NCBI GenBank assembly: GCA_032128375.1
Contig: JAQBGU010000075.1
Coordinates: forward strand, 1 to 17,095
Source of the DNA: Deltaproteobacteria bacterium
GTDB lineage: Bacteria; Myxococcota_A; UBA9160; SMWR01
Direction of reading: 5' to 3'
DNA: 17,095 bases
In this document: positions 8,641 through 16,429 of the stretch, piece after piece
Layout: every line of letters starts with the position of its first letter
Position numbering within the stretch: position 1 is the stretch's first letter
The notes under the pieces: model-generated
Seen by the model: the letters and a program-made list of their open reading frames with translations, nothing else
Told to the model about the DNA's origin: nothing
Database searches by the model: none
Program-made: the position numbers and the translations under genes

Positions 8641-9360
8641 ATGTTGCTCCCGATCGACAACCAGACGACTTCGGCGGTGCTGTTCGATTCGGGCGGAACG
8701 CTGCTGCACATTGACTATCAGGTCTTTGTCGAACTGGCCGACGCCCGCGGCTACCAGGTCGATGTCCAGGCAATTCGACTCGCAGAGGCTGCCGAGCGGA
8801 TCGCAATCGATCAGCGCTCGCTGGAGTCTCGTGGTGCGATCGGTGCCGACGCGACCCGGGTCGGTCGGTATTTTCGCGGTTTGCTTGCGACAGCGGGCAT
8901 TCCGGTAGAAACCGCGCATGAGATTGCGAGGGAAGTCGAGGCCGTCCATCGCGCGGAGAACATCTGGCGCGTACCGCTGCCCGATGCCATCGAAACACTG
9001 CGTGGGCTGAGAAGGCGGGGCGTGCGGATAGCCGTAGTCTCGAATGCAGATGGCCGGGCCGAATTGGCGCTGGAAACGGCCGGATTGACCGAAGACCTCG
9101 AGTTTGTCGTCGATTCGCACTTCGAGGGTGTGGAAAAGCCCGATCCCGAGATTTTTCACCGGGCTATCCGACGACTCGAATTGCCTCCGGAGCGCGTCGT
9201 TTATATCGGTGATATCTATTCGATCGATGCGGTGGGCGCGCGCGCTGCGGGCCTGTCACCGGTGATCATCGACCCGACGAACACCTACCATGGGCTCGAT
9301 TGTCCGATCATCCGCGGCCTGCGCGAATTGCTGGAGCCGGTGGACGCCGGAGGGAGTTGA
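8641..9360 (+). CDS. HAD-superfamily hydrolase, subfamily IA
   Basis: Motif I AVLFDSGGTL, motif II VVSNAD, motif III GVEKPDPEIF, motif IV YIGDIYSIDAVGARAAGL. Start placed at ATG 8641 to avoid overlap with the divergent gene. Confidence 0.9.
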   Translation: MLLPIDNQTTSAVLFDSGGTLLHIDYQVFVELADARGYQVDVQAIRLAEAAERIAIDQRSLESRGAIGADATRVGRYFRGLLATAGIPVETAHEIAREVEAVHRAENIWRVPLPDAIETLRGLRRRGVRIAVVSNADGRAELALETAGLTEDLEFVVDSHFEGVEKPDPEIFHRAIRRLELPPERVVYIGDIYSIDAVGARAAGLSPVIIDPTNTYHGLDCPIIRGLRELLEPVDAGGS

Positions 9361-9361
9361 A

Positions 9362-10369
9362 ATGATTGTCGGAATTTCGGGTTTGTACGGAGCTGGCAAG
9401 GGCGAGGCAGTCGCGTTTCTAGAAGCGCGCAGCTTCTACGCGCTGTCGCTTTCCGATGTGATTCGCGCTGAACTCGCGACGCGCGGTCTCGAGGAAACGC
9501 GCGAACGAATGATCGAGGTGGGCAACGAGATCCGCGCAACCGAGGGGCTGGGTGGTCTCGCCGAGCGTCTGGCGGGCACCCTGGTGGCCGATCGAAACTA
9601 CGTGATCGATTCGGTTCGTCACCCGGCCGAGGTCGAGGCCCTGCGAGAGCACACGCCGGAGTTTCGGTTGCTTTGGATCGAGGCCGATGAGGCCCTTCGC
9701 CTCGAGCGCATCGTCGAACGCAAGCGCAACGGCGACCCGGGCGACCTGGCGGAGCTGCGCCGATTGGAGGGGCGCGAGCTAGGTGGCGAGAATCCAGCCG
9801 GGCAGCAGTTACTGGCCGTGCGCGATCTGGCTGACGATACGCTCGCAAACGACGGGGAAATCGAAGAACTGCATCGTGGATTGCAGGCGATGCTCGAGCG
9901 CAGTTTTTTTTTTGAACGCCCCAGTTGGGATGAATACTTCATGTCGATTGCGCGGGTCGTTTCAAGCCGCAGCAATTGCGTGAAGCGCAAGGTCGCGGCA
10001 GTGATTACACTCGATAAGCGGATTGTTTCGACCGGCTACAACGGAACTCCCCGCGGCACCCAGAATTGCAACGAGGGTGGCTGCCCACGCTGCAACAGCT
10101 TCGCTGAAGGAGGGACGAAGCTGGACGAGTGCTTGTGCTCGCACGGCGAGGAGAACGCCATCGTCCAGGTGGCCTTTCACGGCTCGTCTATTCGCGGCGC
10201 GACGCTCTACACGACCTTCTCTCCCTGTCTGATGTGTACCAAAATGATCATCAACTCGGGAATCATCGAAGTCGTCTACAATGCTGATTACCCCATGGGC
10301 GAGGTTGCGCGGGATCTGTTGCGCGAAGCGGGAATCAATGTCCGCCAGGTTTCACTGCCGGACGGCTAA
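9362..10369 (+). CDS. Fusion of P-loop nucleotide-kinase-like domain and Zn-dependent dCMP deaminase (Dcd1/AvcD-type architecture), 335 aa
   Basis: GGAGG RBS before ATG 9362, 1 nt after the HAD stop. N-domain: MIVGISGLYGAGKG (Walker A), LSDVIR, VIDSVRHPAEV. C-domain: RPSWDEYFM, RSNCVKRKV, TGYNGTP, CSHGEENA, FSPCLMC. Confidence 0.92.
   Translation: MIVGISGLYGAGKGEAVAFLEARSFYALSLSDVIRAELATRGLEETRERMIEVGNEIRATEGLGGLAERLAGTLVADRNYVIDSVRHPAEVEALREHTPEFRLLWIEADEALRLERIVERKRNGDPGDLAELRRLEGRELGGENPAGQQLLAVRDLADDTLANDGEIEELHRGLQAMLERSFFFERPSWDEYFMSIARVVSSRSNCVKRKVAAVITLDKRIVSTGYNGTPRGTQNCNEGGCPRCNSFAEGGTKLDECLCSHGEENAIVQVAFHGSSIRGATLYTTFSPCLMCTKMIINSGIIEVVYNADYPMGEVARDLLREAGINVRQVSLPDG
9904..9913 (+). 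repeat. T10 homopolymer at the kinase/deaminase domain junction
   Basis: AGT TTT TTT TTT GAA (S-F-F-F-E), immediately before RPSWDEYF; the longest homopolymer I saw in this GC-rich window. Confidence 0.9.
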
Positions 10370-10489
10370 ATCGGTGCAAAGCATCAAGCGAACGCAGCGG
10401 AGGCGCTGGCAGTGCGAGCGGGGTTGGGCGCAAGGCTGGACAATAGGCTGAGTGAGAAGCCGGGTGGTAGGCTGCTATCAATAAGAGCC

Positions 10490-11350
10490 GTGCTTCGAGC
10501 CGTGCTGCGAATCGCGCGAACTTCGATCGCCGCGATTGCGATGTCGATCGGTTGCACCGCACTCGTAGCCCAGGGTGCCGAGGACAGGCGACTTCCGGAC
10601 AATTCGGGCGCTGGACTGCTGGCCCGAGCCTTCGCGAACCTGTACGCCGAAGATTACATCCAGACGATGGAGCTATCGACCCAACCGCGCAGCGGGCGCG
10701 GCATGACACGTCTGATTCAAATCACCCGTAAGCAAAGCGTGCTCCCCGGTCGGGCGCTGATCCGATTCCTGGAACCCTATGCAGTGCGACGGACATCGGT
10801 GTTGATCCTAGAAAACGAGGCGCGCGCTGACGATCTTTTTGTGTACCTCCCTGCGGCACGATTGACTCGACACCTATCGAATTCACAGCGGGCCGATTCG
10901 TTCTTCGGAACCGATCTGGCCTACGAAGACATCGAACCCAAATACATCGAGGATTACGATGTGCGAATTGCCGGCAGCGATTCGCTAGCCGGCATTCCGT
11001 GCACGCTGCTCGAACTGCACAACCGTCAGACCTTCGAGTCGACCTATGACCGACTGGTCTCCTGCGTAGAAGAGCAGCGCGGAGTCATCCTGTGGACCGA
11101 TTTCTATCGCGATGGAAAAGCCACCAAACATCTCGAGGTCGACCCAGCGAGCATTCGAAATATCGGAATCCGCTTCATTCCATTCGCGATGACCATGACC
11201 GACCTGCGCCGCCAATCGAAAACAGCGATCACAACAACCACCTACAACATCCACCCCAACATCCCCGACACACTGTTCTCGACCTGGAACCTCGAAGCCG
11301 GAGACGCCCGCCGAGATCGCTCCCAGGCGGGAAAGGGCGAGGGTGGGTAG
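10490..11350 (+). CDS. Outer-membrane lipoprotein-sorting (LolA-like) periplasmic carrier protein
   Basis: N-terminal signal peptide; ALIRFLEP, DDLFVYLPAARLTR, DSFFGTDLAYEDI, DFYRDGK, IPDTLFS are typical of the LolA-like family found with MMPL transporters. Start GTG 10490 is a best guess (ORF track: 10412). Confidence 0.85.
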   Translation: MLRAVLRIARTSIAAIAMSIGCTALVAQGAEDRRLPDNSGAGLLARAFANLYAEDYIQTMELSTQPRSGRGMTRLIQITRKQSVLPGRALIRFLEPYAVRRTSVLILENEARADDLFVYLPAARLTRHLSNSQRADSFFGTDLAYEDIEPKYIEDYDVRIAGSDSLAGIPCTLLELHNRQTFESTYDRLVSCVEEQRGVILWTDFYRDGKATKHLEVDPASIRNIGIRFIPFAMTMTDLRRQSKTAITTTTYNIHPNIPDTLFSTWNLEAGDARRDRSQAGKGEGG

Positions 11351-11439
11351 GAGCGCGGGCAGTATTGGCAAGAATGAGTAACGGCGTTCTGAAATTGTTC
11401 CAACGGACTGCCTTTCCCGCGTCTACGCTCGAATAAACC

Positions 11440-11468
11440 ATATTAATATCCGCATCTTATAAGATATT
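11440..11468. promoter_or_regulatory. AT-rich cluster of palindromes upstream of the PilZ-LuxD-methyltransferase gene; putative operator/promoter
   Basis: Perfect palindromes ATATTAATAT (11440-11449) and ATCTTATAAGAT (11454-11465), plus the inverted repeat AATATC-N12-GATATT (11445-11468). Confidence 0.55.
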
Positions 11469-11562
11469 GTTGCGATCGACGGGCGGTTCCCAATACAATT
11501 CCAGCCCGGTGAAAAACCACATTGTCCTGCTAGCTCAACGCTAAGCGGATTCGGCCACCACT

Positions 11563-14088
11563 TTGGTTCAGGGAAGTGCGGGTGAGGGCGGAGTGCTCCA
11601 GAAATTCGACGAGATTACGCCTGAGAGCATGGCTCGACTCACTCAAAGCGTATTGAGTGACCGTAGGAGTATCGAAGCAGTCTTGCGCCAAGTGTTGGAT
11701 TGCGGGATCCAGCTCGGTGGCGGAATCGATCGGAATCACCAACTCCGGCGCGCCTCGGTTGCCGAGGTGTCTTCCACGAGAGTTCGATTGAGGCTCGAGC
11801 ACTTCGACGCCTCAGCCGGAGCGCAACTCTTCCTGAACTTTCAACTCGAGGGTCATGAGTATTTCTTTTCAGCGGTACCACTGGAGACTCCAAGCGGAGC
11901 GTGGATCGAGATCGCGCTCCCATCCCGCATCTATCGTACGGAGAGGCGCAGTCGCTATCGCGACAGCGAACTCGTAAACGGTTCATCATCCCATGTTGAC
12001 CTCACCACGAAGGACGGAAGGAGTATTCTCGCAAGGGTCATCAACCGATCGCCTGCTGGAATCGGCATCGAGTTGTCCACACACGACTGTGAGAGTCTGC
12101 CCTCTGAGCTGGTTGTGCGCGCTCGTTCTGGCTCTGACGCCAAACCCTCGTACGCGAAGATCCGACATCAGACGCTGGCTCCAGACCGGCCGGGCTGGGT
12201 TCAGATCGGCCTTTCTCTCAGCGGGCTCTCCCAAGGCAAGCAGATCGCGATAGATCGACGGGATCGAATCCTCGACCGTTCGCCCGCGACCCGCGCCTGG
12301 GAACGAGCGGAGTTGTACGCTGCGGCAGTTCGTTCTGTTCCGATCCGCGCCGCACGCATGCTTGGTGTCGGAGGGGAATCGAAGCGGGGTGTCCCAATCG
12401 CCGACTATCAGAACGAACGAGGTGAGACTCTACGAGCCATTGTCGATACTTGGGGCGAGACCGTTGGTGCTCCGGCAGTAGTGATCCCACCCGCATGGGG
12501 TCGAACGAAGGAAACACTACTTCCGCTCGCGGCCACCCTGCTTGAAACGTTTCGTCGTGCCGGGCAGCCGGTGACAATCGTCCGATTCGATGGAACGCAC
12601 CGGCGCGGTGAGTCGCATATCGATCCTGCGTGTCGTCCGCCTGGAGAGGAGTATCAACACTTCACTTTCTCTCAGGCCGTTCAGGACATCCAGTCGACGA
12701 TCCGTTTCTTGGATTCGGATCGTCGCTACCAACCATCGACGATCATTCTTGCAACTTTCAGTCTCGCTGCGATCGAGGGGCGCCGGGCAGTCGCATCTGA
12801 CGTAGAAGGGCGAATTGGCGGATGGGTCAGCACGGTTGGGATGGTTGATCTCCAATCGGCTCTTCGCACGATTTCGGGAGGGATCGATTTTGGGTATGGG
12901 TTGCAACAGGGTGTCAGGTTTGGTCGGCACGAGTTGGTCGGAGTGGTCGCGGACATGGATCACACCGGCTTGGATGCCCTCAAGCACAAGCTTGTTTACA
13001 TAGAGGACGCGAGAATTGACCTCGCTCAAATCAAGGTTCCGATTACCTGGATTCACGGCCGTCACGATGGCTGGATGAACATTGAGACTGTCCAGGACGC
13101 GCTCTCTTGCGGTCAGATCAACAATCGTCGTCTCATCGAAGTTCCCACCGGACACCAGTTGCGAACGAGCGAGGAGGCACTTTCCACATTCCAGTTGATT
13201 GCCGAAGAGGTAAGCGCGATGGCATTGGGTCGACGGGTCCGCCCCAGGCTGCCATCGCTTTCCAATCTCGCCCGTCGTCAGCGTGCCGAGCGCGGGCGCC
13301 TTCCCAAGCTGATCACCAACGTGCGAGGATTCTGGGGCGATTACCTGCTTGGTCGCGATCGCCGAATAGGGATGCAGTTGCTGACGGCCACTGCGGCCTA
13401 CCGGAACCTGATGGAGAAACAGGTCGGCCTCTTGAATCTTCGTTGCGGTCAACGCGTTGCAGATCTCGGTGCGGGGACGGGAGAGTTTCCCCTGTGCGTG
13501 GCGCGGAGTCCCATTGAATCGCCGCGGATCAAAATCGATGAAGTGGACTATGTCACAGAAGCACTTCATCGTGGGGCTCAGCGGCTCGGGTCGCTCGGTG
13601 AAGGGCGCATTCGGGTGCAGCATGTCGTCGCAGATCTCGATGTGGGGTCAGAGACGCGTATTCCGCTATCAGATGGGCAATACGACGCGGTGCTTGCTTC
13701 GCTGGTAGTGAGCTATGTCTCCAACCCGCACGCATTGCTGGCAGAAGCTTTTCGCATTCTACGGCCCGGTGGCCACCTCGTGGTATCAACCCTGAGGCGA
13801 GATGCGGACATTTCGAAGTTGTACGTGGATGGGCTGGCGGAACTTCGATCGGCGGACCTGACAGCAACTATAGGGATCGAAGCGCGTCAGCATTTTGATG
13901 AACTAGCGCGTGATTTCTTGAACGACGCCTCCAAGATTCTCGATTTCGAGGAGCAGGGGCGATTCCGATTCTGGGATCCATCCGAGTTCGCGGCTATGGT
14001 CAAGAGCGCTGGATTCACTGTAGACAGTGTCGAACTGGAGTTCGGCGAGCCTCCGCAAGCGATCGTGGTATCGGCGAAACGGCGCTGA
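11563..14088 (+). CDS. Multidomain protein: PilZN/PilZ (c-di-GMP binding) + LuxD-like alpha/beta-hydrolase (acyl-ACP thioesterase/acyltransferase) + class I SAM-dependent methyltransferase
   Basis: PilZ: LPSRIYRTERRSRYR (RxxxR, aa 129-133) and NRSPAG (aa 161-166). Hydrolase: VVIPPAWGRTKE, IVRFDGTHRRGES, TFSLA (S400), HGRHDGW (D502), TGHQL (H531). MTase: VADLGAGTG, YDAVLASLVVSYV, RILRPGGHLVVS. The start may be GTG 11593 (GAGGG upstream). Confidence 0.85.
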   Translation: MVQGSAGEGGVLQKFDEITPESMARLTQSVLSDRRSIEAVLRQVLDCGIQLGGGIDRNHQLRRASVAEVSSTRVRLRLEHFDASAGAQLFLNFQLEGHEYFFSAVPLETPSGAWIEIALPSRIYRTERRSRYRDSELVNGSSSHVDLTTKDGRSILARVINRSPAGIGIELSTHDCESLPSELVVRARSGSDAKPSYAKIRHQTLAPDRPGWVQIGLSLSGLSQGKQIAIDRRDRILDRSPATRAWERAELYAAAVRSVPIRAARMLGVGGESKRGVPIADYQNERGETLRAIVDTWGETVGAPAVVIPPAWGRTKETLLPLAATLLETFRRAGQPVTIVRFDGTHRRGESHIDPACRPPGEEYQHFTFSQAVQDIQSTIRFLDSDRRYQPSTIILATFSLAAIEGRRAVASDVEGRIGGWVSTVGMVDLQSALRTISGGIDFGYGLQQGVRFGRHELVGVVADMDHTGLDALKHKLVYIEDARIDLAQIKVPITWIHGRHDGWMNIETVQDALSCGQINNRRLIEVPTGHQLRTSEEALSTFQLIAEEVSAMALGRRVRPRLPSLSNLARRQRAERGRLPKLITNVRGFWGDYLLGRDRRIGMQLLTATAAYRNLMEKQVGLLNLRCGQRVADLGAGTGEFPLCVARSPIESPRIKIDEVDYVTEALHRGAQRLGSLGEGRIRVQHVVADLDVGSETRIPLSDGQYDAVLASLVVSYVSNPHALLAEAFRILRPGGHLVVSTLRRDADISKLYVDGLAELRSADLTATIGIEARQHFDELARDFLNDASKILDFEEQGRFRFWDPSEFAAMVKSAGFTVDSVELEFGEPPQAIVVSAKRR

Positions 14089-14091
14089 CTC

Positions 14092-16365
14092 TTGGTCGCT
14101 GAGGGCGCAGTAGGCACGGGCGACTGGCTCGAGCGTCTGACCCGAGCGTCGATCAGAAGTCCGCGCCTCGTGTTCTTGATCTGGGGACTCATTTCTGCCG
14201 TCGCGGCGCTCGGAGTCGTTCGCCTCGAAATCGACAACGCGACCGCGAGTTTCTTGGATCGGAGTGATTCGGCCTGGCAGGTGTATCAGCAGAGTCTCGT
14301 CGAATTCGGCGGCGACGAGATATTGGTCATTGCTATCGAGGGCGATTCGCCTTTCGATCCGAAGGTTCTGGCGAGGGTCCGCGAACTTTCCAGCGAGTTT
14401 TCTGTCATTCCCGGCGTCTGGCGTGTGGACAGCATCAGCACGGTTCCGGTGATTTGGACAGCGCCGGACGGCAGTATCGACTTCGATCCCGCCGTTGGCG
14501 AACTGGATATCGCAACGCATCTCGATCGGACTATCGAAAGACTTCGGCACGACCGCATTGCGTCCAACAGCCTCGTTTCAGAAGATGGACGCGTATTCGC
14601 CATCAATCTGATTCTCGACGACGACGTAGACGTCGGCCGCCCTTCCGTCGTCGCTGAGGTCGCGAGTCGCTTGCTGCACGACCGGGCATGGCTGTCTGGC
14701 GTACCGGTGTTCAGAACGGAGGTGAATTCTCGAACCCGCGATGAACTCGCGCTCTTCGTTCCGGTGACGTTGTTTCTGGTCGGGGCCGTAGTGTTCGTTG
14801 GGTTCGCGCGGCTTTATGCGGTGATAGTCGCGCTCAGCACCAGCCTGTTCGGGACTTGGGTCATTCTCGGAGCAATGGGGGCCCTGGGTACCCGTCTGTC
14901 GCTGTCTACGATGATATTGCCGTCTGTCCTGCTCGCTCTGGGATGCGCGTACGTGATGCACGTACTCACTGCGGCACGTGGAGTAGAGGGGCGCGTCGAA
15001 CTCGAAAGGGCGATATCAGGCGTAGTAAAGCCGATTGGGCTATCGGGCCTCACTACCGCGATCGGTTTTCTCGCGATATCGACGATTCGCATCGATGCAA
15101 TTCGTGAGCTGGGGACGTTCGGTGCAGTTGGAGTGATAGCTGTTCTGGCGGCGGCGTTAACCACGGCACCAGCTGCATTGAGCTTGCGTCCGATTGGAGA
15201 TGGCGGAGCGACCCTCGATACCTGGCTACGCGGTACTGCCAGAGGCATCGTGATGAACTGGGTTTCTCATAAGCGTCTTGTATTGGTGTTGTGGAGCGTT
15301 GCGGTATTGGCGAGCGGCATAGGACTGACTCGGTTGAGCATCGAGACGGACATCATTCTGTGGTTCTCGCCAGACTCTGATGTGCGGAAGTCCTACGACG
15401 CGATCCGCACCAGGCTATCCGGAATCACTCCGATGAACGTCGTCGTTCGATCCACGGACGGTCGGCCGTTGACGCAGCCGGATAGGTTGGCCGCGATTGA
15501 CGCTCTTACGTCGACATTGAACGGGATGCCGCAGATCGGTAAAGCCATCTCAGTCACGGATCCACTGCGGCAACTTCACGATGGATTCGTCGGACACCGA
15601 AACAGCGACCTTCTCAATGATTACTCTCAGATTGAGCAGTACTTATTGCTCCTCGATTCGCTCACGCGAATGCGCGACGTGATCTCCTCGGATCGAAACA
15701 CTGCGAATATATTGCTTCGAGTGGATGAGAATGGTTCCCGGAGTCTGATGGCGCTAGCGGAGGAGATCGACTCGTGGTGGGCCATCCACGGCGTGCCCGG
15801 CGTTGTGATCACTACGACAGGGATCATGTATGAGTTCGGTAGAGCTGAGGAAGAGATTGCGTATGGTCAGCTTCGAGGGCTCGGATTGGCGTTTGCGTTA
15901 GTGGGCGGGATATTGCTCGCGATCTTTCGCTCACCACGTCTGGCGTTCGCTGCCATGCTTCCGAACATCGTTCCGTTGCTGATTACGTACGGTCTGATGG
16001 GCCTAGCCGGGATTCCGCTCGACGCCGCGACTGTGTGCCTGGGTAGCCTTGCACTCGGAATAGCCGTCGACGACACGATTCACCTGGCCACTCGCTTCCG
16101 TGATTTCCGTCAGTCTGGTCAAGAGGCTGCAGATGCCCTGGACTCAGCCCTTCGGGTCGTCCTGCCTGCGCTCGTATTTACGACAGTCGGGATCGCGCTC
16201 GGATTTGCCGTACTGGCACTTTCGGAGTTCACACTGGTACGAAATCTCGGAATGGTCACCGCTTTTCTCGTTGTACTCTGCCTGCTCGCAGATATCACCC
16301 TGCTTCCGGCGCTGCTCGTACGGCGCGGGACTATGCGTTCGTGGGCGCGGGATCGAGATCGGTGA
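14092..16365 (+). CDS. MMPL/RND-superfamily lipid exporter (COG1033-type)
   Basis: Two repeats of 1 TM + large periplasmic loop + 5 TM; EFGGDE, SGLTTAIGFLA, PNIVP, GIPLD, ALGIAVDDTIH, GFAVLALSEF. Begins 3 nt after the upstream stop. Confidence 0.92.
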   Translation: MVAEGAVGTGDWLERLTRASIRSPRLVFLIWGLISAVAALGVVRLEIDNATASFLDRSDSAWQVYQQSLVEFGGDEILVIAIEGDSPFDPKVLARVRELSSEFSVIPGVWRVDSISTVPVIWTAPDGSIDFDPAVGELDIATHLDRTIERLRHDRIASNSLVSEDGRVFAINLILDDDVDVGRPSVVAEVASRLLHDRAWLSGVPVFRTEVNSRTRDELALFVPVTLFLVGAVVFVGFARLYAVIVALSTSLFGTWVILGAMGALGTRLSLSTMILPSVLLALGCAYVMHVLTAARGVEGRVELERAISGVVKPIGLSGLTTAIGFLAISTIRIDAIRELGTFGAVGVIAVLAAALTTAPAALSLRPIGDGGATLDTWLRGTARGIVMNWVSHKRLVLVLWSVAVLASGIGLTRLSIETDIILWFSPDSDVRKSYDAIRTRLSGITPMNVVVRSTDGRPLTQPDRLAAIDALTSTLNGMPQIGKAISVTDPLRQLHDGFVGHRNSDLLNDYSQIEQYLLLLDSLTRMRDVISSDRNTANILLRVDENGSRSLMALAEEIDSWWAIHGVPGVVITTTGIMYEFGRAEEEIAYGQLRGLGLAFALVGGILLAIFRSPRLAFAAMLPNIVPLLITYGLMGLAGIPLDAATVCLGSLALGIAVDDTIHLATRFRDFRQSGQEAADALDSALRVVLPALVFTTVGIALGFAVLALSEFTLVRNLGMVTAFLVVLCLLADITLLPALLVRRGTMRSWARDRDR

Positions 16366-16429
16366 TTCGGGAAAAGCGACCAGAATCCAACACTCAAGCG
16401 TAGTTCGCGGGACTCCGATTCCCTGAGCA

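Noticed and set aside
9290..9361. AvcI-like antitoxin sRNA or a longer N-terminus upstream of the deaminase fusion
   Set aside because: This stretch is the coding 3' end of the HAD gene; the RBS and Walker A position support ATG 9362.
12517..13623. Long antisense ORF (368 aa), and similar ones at 1896..2741, 4528..5409, 7818..8711 and 8377..9159
   Set aside because: No recognisable motifs; long shadow ORFs are expected opposite or within real genes in GC-rich DNA.
11563..14088. Bioluminescence (lux) operon
   Set aside because: Only a LuxD-like domain is present; there is no luciferase, LuxC reductase or LuxE synthetase in the window.
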